Source of the DNA: the human T2T-CHM13v2.0 reference genome, Homo sapiens
Direction: 5' to 3' (one strand)
Length of the DNA: 64,000 nt
NCBI RefSeq assembly: GCF_009914755.1
Contig: NC_060928.1
This document shows, in pieces, positions 39,740-56,031 of this stretch. Position 1 is the stretch's first letter. The number at the start of each line of letters is the position of its first letter. The notes below the pieces were generated by a model, which saw nothing but the letters and a program-made list of their open reading frames with translations, searched no databases and had not been told where the DNA came from. The position numbers and the translations under genes were made by a program.

Positions 39740-39996
<257 letters not shown>

Positions 39997-40043
39997 TGAT
40001 CCTCCCATTTTAGCCTCCTAAATTGCTGGGGTTGCAGATGTGA

Positions 40044-40331
<288 letters not shown>

Positions 40332-40469
40332 TAGTAGAAATGGGGTTTCACCATGTTGGCCAGACTGGTCTCGAACTGCTGACCCCAAATGATCCAGCTG
40401 CCTTGGCCTCCCAAAATGCTGGGATTACAGGCATGAGCCACTGCACCAGGCCCTCAAAATGATTCTTTT

Positions 40470-41990
<1,521 letters not shown>

Positions 41991-42717
41991 CACTTATGCT
42001 GGGCGCAGTGGCTCATGCCTGTAATCCCAACACTTTGGGAGACTGAGGCTGGAGGATTGCGTGAGCCCAGGAATGAGACTAGCCTGGGCAACATAGTGAG
42101 ATAATATCTCTACAAAAAATAAAAATAAAAGAAATTAGCCAGGTGTGGTGGTCATGCCTGTAGTCCAGCTATTCAGGAGGCTGAGATGAGAGGATCTCTT
42201 GAGCCCATCAGGCTGCACTGAGCCATGATTGCACCACTGCATTCCAGTATGGGTAACAATACGAGACCTTGTCTCAAAAAAAAAAAGAGTGTTGTGTGGT
42301 CTGGGAAATGACACAAATTTTATTTGCCATGATGATGATATAGAATATATATACTGTGGATAGAAGTTCTAGAATAAGTTTGGTAATCTTAACCAAGATT
42401 TTCCAAACTTAACCATGAATCTTTTTTGTTGCACAATATATATTACAATACAGTAGAACAATGGTTTATGAAATATACTTTCAGGAAAACATAGTAGACA
42501 AAAGATAAATAAGAGTCAATTATATACTTTGTGAGAAATTTTGTTTTACCAAAGAAATGCTGTAATGTATAGAAATATGATAATCTCTTAATAAATTGTA
42601 AATTTGTGTGCAAAAAAAAGCTTTAAATTATTTTCCTGGTATATCCATTTGCATTGTTAGCTCTGTTTTTTGTTTTATTTTTTAAAAACAGACATAAAAC
42701 CAAAAACACTTAACTTA

Positions 42718-42879
<162 letters not shown>

Positions 42880-43360
42880 TTATTTAAATCACAGTAACTG
42901 TTATACTTAAAGTGAAGTGTAAGTTTTAATAACGACATCTACACATTCAAGAATGTGCATGCCTTTTAGCAATGACAACAGACCTAAGCAAAAGTTTGAA
43001 CACATTTTAAGCGTTTGTTGTTACATACCTAAGTTACTAAGTCTGCCTACTCATATTTTACTTCCTAATGTTTATTTTAATTATATAACTAATATAGCCA
43101 TATTACAGAAAGTCTGAAACAAAGGAAAAGGAAACAAGCCACACCAATCATAATGCCTATCATTCTAACATTACTAAATAATCATGGTTATATTTTTAAT
43201 TAAATTGGTCTCTTTCAATGCAATAATGTTATATTAAGTTATCAGAATATACTGGATTTTTGAATATATATATTTTTCTCTTTGCCTCTCAATGTCTCTT
43301 CCTTTATATGACTATATCCTTCCTTGCCAAGTTTCTCTCCCTACATTCGATCTCTATTAA

Positions 43361-43531
<171 letters not shown>

Positions 43532-45019
43532 TAAAGGCGCCTGCCACCATACCCAGTTAATTTTTGTATTTTTAGTATAGACAGGGTTTCACCATATGGC
43601 CAGGCTGGTCTTGAACTCCTGACCTCAAGTGATACACCTGCCTCAACCTCCCAAAGTTCTGCGATTACAGGCGTGAGCCACCGCACCCAGTCTGAAATTT
43701 ATTTAACATTGTTTAATTGGTATGTTACTGTTTAATGGGTATGGAACTTCTGTTTAGGATGATGAAAACATTCTGGAAATAGCTAGTGGTCATGGTTGTA
43801 CAACATTGTGAATGCACTTAATGCTACTGAACTGCATACCTTAAAAATAGCTAACATGATAGTGCCAGGCGCGGAGGCTCACGTCTGTAATCCCAGCACT
43901 TTGGGAGGCCAAGGTGAGCAAATCACTTGAGCCCAGGAGTTCGAGATCAGCCTGGGCAACATGGGGAAATCCTGTCTCTACAAAAAATATAAACAAATTA
44001 GCTGAGCATGGTGGCGCATGCCTGTGGTCCCAGCTACTTAGAGGGCTGAGGCTGGAAGGTCACCTGAGCCCAGGAGGTCAAGGCTGCAGTGAGCCGTGAT
44101 TGCACCACTGCACTCCAGCCTGGGTGACAGAGTGAGACCCTGTCTCAAAACAAAACAAAAAAAGTTAACACGATAAATTTTATGTTATGTATATTTTCCC
44201 ACAATAAAAAATTGCCCCTAAAATATCAGGTGAGCTGGAACTTTCATATATCTCAATAATTTTGAAAATAAAAACACCAAGCAAACCTACAAGTACTAAC
44301 ATAAAAATGACACAATGTATTAACAAGTAAATAAACCAAGTTGTCAAATGATAATATCACATAATCTATGTAAGTTTAATAGATACATGTATATACATAC
44401 ACTCTTATACATACATAGGAAAAATGTTTGAAAAAACACAAACTAAAGTATTAGCAGTGGTTACTTTCACAGAAAGGAGTGGATATAGAAATACAGTTGT
44501 AATATTTGGGATTTGAATGTACTATTTTTATAATTTCATGGAAAGTTATTTTAAAAATAAAACAGCCATATGATAAAGGTCAATAAAGCCTGCACAAGGC
44601 AGAGATTTTGTAATATACTAGGTTTTTCTTCAAGGTCAGGTATTAAATTGAGTTAAAATTACCAGATTGAATCATATATATATATACATATATGTAGGAA
44701 ATTATAGAGCTTAAGGATAATTAAATCATGGCACTAAAGTTTTATAACTGTATTTATCATAAAACTCAGATGAAAGAGGGAAAGAGTAGTGAAACAGATT
44801 CTTTTATAAGAAAATAAGATAAGGTAGTTAAGATTATGGACAAATAATTAACTACATTCAAGTTACAAGCAACAAAATGTATATACATTTTTTACATCAT
44901 GGTAAGAAAAATTTGCCTTACATAAGATTTTCAATAACATCTATATGCCTAATTAACATTGCATTAAGAAATAAAGGTTAAAACATAATCTGATTCAGAT
45001 GAAGATGGAATAAAACTTA

Positions 45020-45151
<132 letters not shown>

Positions 45152-46601
45152 TTACATTACCTATACATCTAATTTTTCTTATGACATTAAAGTAATGTAG
45201 AAATTACATTGTAGCAAAATTTATAAATAAACATTTAAAAAAATTTTTAGGCTTCAAAGTAGTTTAATAATAAGAGAATTTGTTTATTTTTATTTTTTGA
45301 GACAGGGTCTCACTCTGTCACCCAGACTAGAGTGCAGTGTCATGATCACAGCTCACTGCAGCCTTGACCTCCCCAGGCTCAGGTGATCCTCCTACCTCAG
45401 CCTCCCAAGAAGCTGGGGCTACAGATGTACTACCACGCCCAGCTAATTTTTATATTTTTTGTAGAGATGAGGTTTCATCATGCTACCCAGTCTGGGCTTG
45501 AACTCCTGAGCTCAACCAGTCCGCCCGCCTTGGCCTCCCAAAGTGTTGGGATTACACGTGTGAGCCACTGTGCATGGCCAACAATAAGATAATTTATATG
45601 ACAGAAATAATTTTTAAATGGCATTTAAAAGCAAGGTGAATTTTCTTCCCCAGAGATATACTTCAATCCTGTTATCTTAAGAAATACTCAGATGTATTTT
45701 GTACTTGGTATATCTCAATCCAAAAATGGGAATGTAATTTATAGAACTCTGTTAACATAGTGATCTCATACTAAATATATTTGCTTTAAATTTCAACTGC
45801 AGATTTTTTCCACCTTACTTAAATCTTAGACTTACAAGAATTTCATGAAGAACTCCAGTGGTTTATTAAATCAGTTCCCAGTTCTATGATTTACTACAAT
45901 GGATATATATTTTGAATTTCAGTGTTACATGAAATTAGTACTCATGGCCAGGAGTGGTGGCTCATACATGTAATCCCAGCAGGTGGGATTACATGTGGTT
46001 TACATGTGGATTACATGTGGATTACAGCAGGTGGGAGGCCAGTGCAGGTGGATCACCTGAGGTCAGAAGTTTGAGACCAGCCTGGCCAACATGGCAAAAC
46101 CCCATCTCTACTAAAAATACAAAAAAGAATTAGCCGGGCGTGGTGCCACATGCCTGTAATCTCAGCCACTTGAGAGGCTGAGGCACGAGAATTGCTTTAA
46201 CCAGGAGACTGAGGTTGCAGTGAGCCAAGATTGAGCCACTGCACTTCAGCCTGGGTGACAGAGACCCTGTCTCAAAAAATAAATAAATAAATAACAAGAA
46301 ATTAGTATTCGTAAAGATCCTTATGTTATCATTACCATTTTAAAAACCCCTATCATTTATATTTCTGCAAAGAAATAATCAGGATTTGACGGTGGTTTTA
46401 TAAATAAGGAGGACAAAGTAAGTGTACTGACTTCTCATCTTGAACAACGCCTTAAGGTTAATACACATTAAGCTATTCTTGATGTAACTGAGAATCATGC
46501 AGACATATTAATCTACTCATATATATTCATCACACTGTTTTGTAATTTATCCACTTATTCAGAATAAAATAGTATTTTTACACAAATAAATACCAAAATA
46601 A

Positions 46602-46829
<228 letters not shown>

Positions 46830-47721
46830 TGATCTGCCCGCCTCGGCCTCCCAAAGTGCTGGGATTACAGGTGTGAGCCACCACGCCCAGCCTATGCCAG
46901 GTATTAATACATAAAATATTACAAAAATATGTTTATTTATGCTATCTTAAATTGTGTGTAGTGTCAGTTGTTGTTAGTGGGTGGGTGGGGGGGCTTTCCT
47001 AAGATGCAGTAAGTTTCTATGATTTTTTTCATAATAATGCCTGCTTTTCTATCTCAGGATTCTTGAGAAGGAGTTCCTCCTCCAACAATAAGTAGATTTG
47101 GAAATAGTCTGCTATACTTAAAGGGAATTAAGCACCTTGGATGCTCAACATAGCCTTATGACCTTCCTTTGTAATCACACAAAGAGAACTGGCCACCTTT
47201 GTCCAGAACCTTTGCCAGGGGTAGGCCCTGATGGTTGTGGCTCTTGTACTATTTTGGATAGACCTCTCTGATTCTTAATCACCACCTAGAAGTCAGTCTT
47301 TACTCCTTCAAGTCAGTATCAATATTGCCCCAAGTCAGACTGGAGTTTGCTTCATAATATGTGGTTAGTTTCCTATAGCTTCTACTCAGTGTTGGCTTCA
47401 GTGGGGTATCTCAGAAATGTTGCATCCTAGACTATGGGGATTGACTAGATATCCTAATTACACATTTTTTAAAAGACTACATTAGTATATGGATTCAAAT
47501 TCTATGCAATTAGAAATTATAATCCTGTCTCATAATAACCTCTTTAAATTTGAATAGCTTTAAATTAAAACAATTATGGAAGTTTTTACCAGACATATTT
47601 TATGCAAACATTTATTGAAATTTAAAAATTTTATTTTATAAAAATTATTTTGAAGTAACTAGAAATCTCATAAAAGAAAACACTACATCTTCTCTAAACT
47701 CATTCCCATTTGTACTTTAGA

Positions 47722-48890
47722 ACAGTGCTGCCCAACAGAACTGTGACATGACGGAAATGTTATTTATCTATGCTAATACAGTGGCCACTAGCCACATATA
47801 CCCATTATTGAGCACTTGAAATGTGGCTAGTATGACAGAAAATAATTTCTTAAATTTACTTTATTTAAATAGCCACATGTGGCTAATGGCTACTATATTG
47901 GGCAGCATAGCTCTCAATCTTTGCTGCACAAAGTGTGATTTGTAGACCAGAAGCATCACATCACATGGTAGTTTGTTGTAAATGTAGATGCTCAGCATCT
48001 CACTAGGGTTGCCAGATTTAGTAAATATACAGGAGACCCAGTTAAATTTAAATTTCAGATAAACAATAAGTGTTAATATAAATATGTTCTGTGCCATATT
48101 TGAAAGTTAAGTATAAGAATGTTCCATGAAGTATTTGGATTGTATTTATACTTTTTTTTTTTCTTTTTGAGACAGAGCCTCACTCTGTCACCCAGGCTGG
48201 AGTACATGGCGTGATATCGGCTCACTGCAACTTCTGCCTCCCAGGTTCAAGCGATTCTCCTGCCTCAGCCTCATGAGTAGCTGGGATTACAGGCGCCTGC
48301 CATCACACCCAGCTAATATTTATATTTTTAGCAGAGACAGGGTTTCACCATGTTGGCCAAGGGTGGTCTTGAACTCCTGACCTCAGGTGATCCACCTGCT
48401 TTGGCCTCCCAAAGTGCTGGGATTACAGGCATGAGCCACTGTGCCCAGCTGGATTGTATTAATACTAAAAGTTATTTGTTTCCAGGTGCAGTGGCTCACA
48501 CCTGTAATCCTAGCACTTTGGGAGGCCCAGGGAGGCAGATCACTTGAGTCCAGGAGTTTAAGGCCAGCCTGGACAATATGGCAAGATCCTGTCTCTATTA
48601 AAGAAAAAAAAACCAACGTTATTTGTTGTTTATTGAAATCCAAATTTAACTGGGTGGGACATATTTATATTAAAACATTATTAAAATTTAATTGGGCATT
48701 CTGTGTTTTATTTTTTATTATAAATTATATATTTTTATATTTCTTTATTAACTCCCCTATTCTGAGAAGCAACATCCTGTGTTTTACAGGCAACCCTATT
48801 AAGTATCACCCTAAGCCTAATGAATCAGAATTTGCATCTTAACAAGGTTCCCAGGTGATTTCTAAGCACATTAAAGTAAATGAAGCACTG
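47722..48890. mobile_element. Nested hAT fossils (MER3-, MER5- and MER53-like) with Alus at 48152-48449 (-) and 48482-48612 (+)
   Basis: cagtgctgcccaacagaact...agccacatgtggcta (MER3-like); tagggttgcc...ggcaacccta inverted termini (MER53-like). Confidence 0.6.
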
Positions 48891-49531
48891 ATGTATATCA
48901 TTATCCCCTTCCAAGTTCTGAAATACTGATTTTTACATATCTTCCCTTTGTCATACCTCTACCTCACCCTCTTAACTTCCTCCGTCACTTTACCTGATAG
49001 CTCCTTGAAGTTAGCATCCTATTTTTTACCTTTGAAAAAAGGAGTTTATACGCACTGCTGGCACTTCACCTCTCATTCTTTGTGTTTTATTTTGAAAGTT
49101 TTCAAACATATTCTCACATATTCATTCCTCAGATTCAACAATCTTTTGCCACACTTGAATCATCATGCCATCCTTTCTCTCACTCCCTTTCTGCTGCCAT
49201 AGTGTGTTTCACTGGGTGACTCATAAATTTTTATCTCTAGCTTTTATTTCTACTGTCAAAATTACAAATGCCTGTGGGATTTTTTAGTTGTTCTAGAGTA
49301 ACAGCATATTCAGCTTGATCCAAATTGAAATCATCTTCTCTTTTCATCTAACCTCCCTTCCTAAATTCTTGTTCTCTCTCATTCTTCCAGGTGATCTAGA
49401 ATCAAAACCTGGCAGCAATGTTGGCTTTCTCTAATCCTTAATATTCTCTATCCAAATCTCTATCTTGATTCCTCTTTCAACAACTCCTACTTATCCCTTC
49501 TCCATTCTCAGTCACTGCCCTACTTCAGGCC

Positions 49532-49752
49532 TAGTCAAAATTAATACTTTTACACTGTCTTCCTGAGTCATCCACACAATGTTCTCTTAAAAAGAAAAAC
49601 ACAAATATTGTACCTATGAAAAGCTTAATAAAGAAATTGTTTAAATTTGTTACTGGCATTGTATTTTTTTCACATTTGATACAGTTTCTTTTACTGGCTT
49701 TTCAGTAATGAAATTGTTACCAATGAGATATTACCAGTGAGATATAACCAAT
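49532..49752 (-). pseudogene. MFSD8: Intronic duplicate (pseudo-exon) of MFSD8 exon c.699-754 plus its upstream 3' splice region
   Basis: 49535-49752 aligns to 50824-51028 (offset 1289); exon part 50/51 identical; donor missing; reads [17 protein letters not shown]. Confidence 0.9.
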
Positions 49753-50456
49753 CTGGATTAGCCTCTGCATGGAATCAATGTCAAACTTCTCCTAGTTCAA
49801 AAACTTACTGTAGCTCCTCACCACTCTGCTCTACTACATTTATCTTCCACTATTTCTTTTGTGAAAATTAAATAAAAGAGCTATGAAAGTACCTGGTAAA
49901 ATAGTAAAATAATACTATGTCTTTTCCACAACTTTATGAACTACTGAGGGCCAGGATCAGTCCTTGCATTCTTTCCGCAAGGAGGATATAATTAGTACCT
50001 AAATAACAGGTTTTTTTTTGGTAAAATATAGCTACTTACTGGGTTCTCTGGCTTATATGAATCAGAGAAGATCTAAAAGATGAAAATGTATATTTCTAAA
50101 GTATACCAAAACAACAAAAATAAAAAGGCAAAACCATACCCATTTTCATACTTAAGATAATAAAGAACTGCTTTAAATAGACATATTTATTTGGTAGTAA
50201 AGATATGGAAATCATTGCAAATATCTCAAAGGCTTTAGGATACTGGCTCTCTGAAAATAAGACAAAGCGATTTTTTACAATGTTTGTAACCTTGTCAATC
50301 ATGACCACCAAATAACCAATATGGGTATGCCTCTTTAAAAAAAATCAATTTGCTCACGCCTGTAATCCCAGCACTTTGGGAGGCCGAGGCGGGTGGATCA
50401 CAAGGTCAGGAGATCGAGACCATCCTGGCTAACATGGTGAAACCCCATCTCTACTA

Positions 50457-50672
<216 letters not shown>

Positions 50673-50818
50673 TTAGGTCACTTTCAGCTTTGAAGATCTT
50701 CCCCAATCACCCACTGTGTTGTCCTCAGAAGCAAAATCGAAGTAAATACCAAACAAACAGAATCATTAGAAACACTTTGATAATGTTATATTAATTCAGC
50801 CAAATGGGTTAAAAGTAC

Positions 50819-50874
50819 CTTCTTCAAAATTAATACTTTTACACTGTCTTCCTGAGTCATCCACACGATGTTCT
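50819..50874 (-). CDS. MFSD8: MFSD8 coding exon (c.699-754, 56 nt)
   Basis: ttaag|AGAACA ... GAAGAAG|gtactt; (R)[18 protein letters not shown]. Confidence 0.96.
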
Positions 50875-51886
50875 CTTAAAAAGAAAAACACAAATATTGT
50901 ACCTATAAAATGCTTAATAGAGAAGTTGTTTAAATTTATTATCGGCATTGTATTTTTTTTCACATTCTAATATAGTTTCTTTTATTGGTTTTTCAGTAAT
51001 AAAACTGTTACCAATGAGATATAACCAATAAACTTAAGACAGAAGTTACAATTCTTATCAAATTATCATAAACAGGTAAAATGAAAAAAATCCAACTCAT
51101 CCTAAAGCATACATGATCTACTTTAGTATTTGAAGTTTTACAGTGATTATAAACATTAGTAATAAATGTTTTTAGACTATTGAATAAAGCACTCTAAATA
51201 AAACATAATTTTAAAAAATTTTTTCGAATATATAAAAGATAAGAGATATACATTACTAGTAACTTTTATATTTAAGACTGATACAAATCCATTAATCTAT
51301 TTAAAATGTTACTTCCATGCCTTTCCCCTACTTAGCAACATGTAGTTAGTAAATCAAGACCAAACCTTGAGGCCGGGCACAGCCTCACATGGCCTCATGC
51401 CTGTAATCCCAGCACTTTGGGAGGCCGAGGTGGGCAGATCACTTTGAGGTCAGGAGTTCAAGATCAGCCTGGCCAACATGGTGAAACAAAAATTAGCTGG
51501 ATGTGTTGGCATGCACCTGTAGCCCCAGCTACTCGGGAAGCTGAGGTATGAGAATCCTTGAATCCGGGAGATGGAGGTTGCATTGAGCCGAGATAGTGCC
51601 ACTGCCCTCCAGTCTGAGCAACAGAGTAAGATCTTGTCTCAAAAAAAAAAAAAAAAAAAAAAAAAAACTTTGAATCTTCAAAGACCTTCCTTTTCTGTTC
51701 TCATTTATCAGGTTGTCTTTTGGTTGCCAGTATTACATGCTTTAGTACTACCTGACCAAAAAATATAAACAAACTATAGACATAAAAAACTACGTACACT
51801 TCATAAGGATAATTATCTTCCAACAATTACAAAGCTCATTAAATTTCACAATCTACAAAAATAGTTTTATCATTTCTATCTAATTA

Positions 51887-52033
<147 letters not shown>

Positions 52034-52551
52034 TTATTAAGATAAAATTTTCACAGATGAATTATTATATGAGAAGCATAGGATAAAAAAATGAAAAAGA
52101 CATTTACAACAGAATTGGGAACAATGTTATGGAATCATCCTTCTATATCATGCATTCTCAACAGATGGAATTGGTTCTTGATGGGGGGTCAAAAAATTTC
52201 CTCTTTTTATGTATAAAGCAGGTATGTACAGATATACATATGGTACATAAAAGATATATGACACATCTGTGGCACTAAAATTTTATGGGGTAAAGAGAGT
52301 AGGAAAAAAATACCGAAAAAGGCTCCTTAGGGAGACAATAATGAAAAAAAGGTTGTGAAACACTGATTTACATGCATTCACAAGGAATTGTATCTTACAT
52401 AACTTCTCAGTTTTTTACAAAACATCTCCATAGGCAATTTAAATTATACAATTTCTTCCAAAAATTAATTATAAAGGTTTAATCAGCTTCATTATAAGAA
52501 TGAAAATATCATATTTTAGACCAGATATCTTAAATATTATTCTGTATATGG

Positions 52552-52552
<1 letters not shown>

Positions 52553-52590
<38 letters not shown>

Positions 52591-52596
52591 ATATAT
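52553..52596. repeat. (TA)n(TG)n compound microsatellite
   Basis: Directly visible. Confidence 0.9.
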
Positions 52597-54057
52597 TTAT
52601 TATCATTTGACCATAGTATTATATACAAGTAAAATGAAAAAAAAAAATTATTTCATCCAAAAGCATACATAATCCACCTTAGTATTTGAAGTTTTTTTTA
52701 GTGATTTTAAACATTAGTTAGAAGTGTTTTTGGACTGCTGGATAAAGCACTCTAAAGAAATATGAAGTGGCAAAATCTAATTTGGATCTGTGGCAAAAAC
52801 TCAATTGGAAGAGTACTGGTTTGCTCTTCTGATTTAGATTCAATATGTGGCTCTATAGTAATTCACATATAACTCTAGGGTGAGGACTAAAATATTGCAC
52901 CTACCGTACTTAGAACAGTGACTAGCATACAGTAAGCACACAATAAATGTTAGTGCTTGTTGAGGGCTTATTATTGGAAAAGTCATCGAAGCTCTTCAGG
53001 CTTACATTTACTCATCTATAATGCAAAATTTTTAAATGACATAATCTTTAAAATGCTTTTAAGGTGGTAAAAAATATTTACTAAGAACATAAGTCTATAC
53101 CAGGTATTATGCTAGATACTGAGGGTAGACTGGTAAATAAAGACTCAAACCATGTCCTCATGTACTTTACAATATAGTATTCAAGTTCAATTATTCTACA
53201 TTTGTGCTTGTATTTGTTTCAGGGTACAAAACTGAAATAGTAGATTTTGGTGAACAGTGAATTAGATTCCCTTCTGTTGAGCCTTTTCTTTTTGGCTAAA
53301 TAGAGGAACGTAATGGAAACTGGGGGTGGGAGATGGGGTGTTAATGATGAAGTAAGCTGAGTTGGATTCAAACTGATAATATTCATAACTTCAATATTCA
53401 AAATATGGACCAATTATATGGTTTTTCAATATTATTCTAGGCATGAAAATGACTGATTCTTTACTCAGCAGAAAATTAATTTGCCTTGAGGAAATACTAA
53501 ATCTCATTAATTTTTTTTGAGACAGAGTCTCGCGCTTGTTGCCCAAGCTGGAGTGCAATGATGTGATCTCAGCTCACTGCAACCTCTGCCTCCGAGTTCA
53601 AGCGATTCCCCTGCCTCAGCCTCCCAAGTAGCTGGGATTACAGGTGCCCGCCACCACACCTGGCTAATTTTTGTATTTTTAGTAGAGATGGGGTTTCACC
53701 ATGTTGGCCAGGCTGGTCTCAAACTCCTGACCTCAGGTGATCTGCCTTCCACAGACCCCCAAAGTGCTGAGATTACAGGTGTGGACCACCACGCATGGCC
53801 TCACTAATTTTTTTAACACTCAGCAAAAGGGTGACCTTGGACAATTTACTTAGATTCTCTATGCACTGGCACTCTCAACTATAAAAGGGGACTAATAGCA
53901 CTTAATTTAGTGGATTGGCATCAAGATAAAATGAGTGTAGCCTCATTCCTGGATTAAAAAAAAAATTAGCTTTCCTCCCTTTCCCTTCAGCTATGAGTTT
54001 TTATACTTGGGTTACACTGAATATTTAAGCCTCAAAAGTTTTCCCAATTCAAATTCA

Positions 54058-54198
<141 letters not shown>

Positions 54199-54514
54199 TT
54201 AAAAACAAGACACAATAATCCAAAGTAAAAGAAAGTATCATTCAGCTTATAAAATTCAATCCAATTTGACTTTATACAGAAGAAGAAATCTTGGTCAACA
54301 GTACAGTCACTGCTTCCTCTTTATGATCACACAAAGCATGTAAGGTATTTTTATTAAGCAAATGCATCAATTAATGGACCATACTAGTTTTGGTAATATG
54401 AAAACAGTTAAAGATATCAATGAGTGAAAAAATGGTATCATAAGAAAACCAAGCCGGGCACAGTGGCTCACATCTGTAACCCCAGCACTTTCAGAGGTTG
54501 AGGTAGGTGGATCA

Positions 54515-54724
<210 letters not shown>

Positions 54725-55790
54725 TCAAACTTACTTAGTACTAAAAAAGCACTGAGTGAATGGCATACCATTGATTACTACAACTGTTTTTAAAAGAAAA
54801 GTATTACAATATTACAAACTCTGTATGCATAGACATGTAATATAAGAAACAGAAAAAAATGCACTAACAATTTTACTGAAAATTTTCATTGAGTACATTA
54901 CATTCAAGAGACTCTGTTAGGGGGCATAGGATATTTTTAAAGTATCATTAATTCTTTCTAATTGCAAAAAGTTTAGGTTGGGAATGGTGGCTCATGCCTG
55001 TAATCCCAGCACTTTGGGAGGCCGAGGCGAGTGGATCACGAGGTCAGGAGTTCAAGACCAGCCTGGCCAAGATGGTGAAACTGCGTCTCTACTAAAAATA
55101 CAAAAATTAGCCAGGTGCAGTGGCAGACGCCTGTAATCCCAGCTACTCGGGAGGCTGAGGCAGGAGAATTGCTTGAACCCAGGCAGGTAGAGGATGCAGT
55201 GAGCCAAGATTGCGCCACTGCATTCCAGTCTGGGTGACAGAGTAAGACTCCGTTTCAAAAAAAAAAAAAAATTATTATCTGGTTAGTGAGAAAGGATAGA
55301 AACAGTACAATACTATAAGCAAGTGCCAGAGACATGTCAGAGAAGAAAAAAATCTCTCAAGGGGCAGGGTAGCCCAAGATGGCTTTGTGGAAAATGTGGA
55401 GCTTGAATTGGATCTATTTTTGTTTTGGGTTTTTTTTTTTTTAGATGGAGGTCTCCCTATGTTACCCAGGCTGGCCTCGAACTCCTGGGCTCAAGAGATT
55501 CTGCTACCTCAGTCTCCTGAGTAGCTGGTATTATAGGCACGTGCCACCACACCTGGTTTAAACTGAATCTTGAAGGATGAAGAATGATGAGAACAGAAGA
55601 GAAACTATAGGTAATGAGAACATCATGAGCAAAGGCAAAATGATAAGAAAAATATTTGTTTACAATGAGAAACATGTATGTTGAACTGTGAAATATGAGT
55701 TTAAAAGGGGATGAGACCAGTTAAAAGTGAGCCATAAATGTCAGAATGAATGTGAATATGACACAACCAAACATATACATACAACCTTAC

Positions 55791-56031
55791 CTGCTCCAAT
55801 TCCCAACAATCCACGAGCAACCAGCATGTAGTATTTATTATGAGAAGCTGGGATGTGGAGATATGCATAGAGGCAGTTGGCTGCCACGGAAATCAAGATG
55901 GAGACAATAAGAGGCTCTTTTCTTGGTCTATAATTAGACCATAAACCAAATATAGGTGAAGCTACCATTTGGCCAAGACTATATGAAGCAATAACCCAGC
56001 CCAAAAAACTTGTATCAGCTGTCGGATCAAT
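55791..56031 (-). CDS. MFSD8: MFSD8 coding exon (c.199-439)
   Basis: tgcag|ATTGAT ... GAGCAG|gtaagg; [44 protein letters not shown]...[10 protein letters not shown] (MFS motif-A-like region). Confidence 0.97.
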
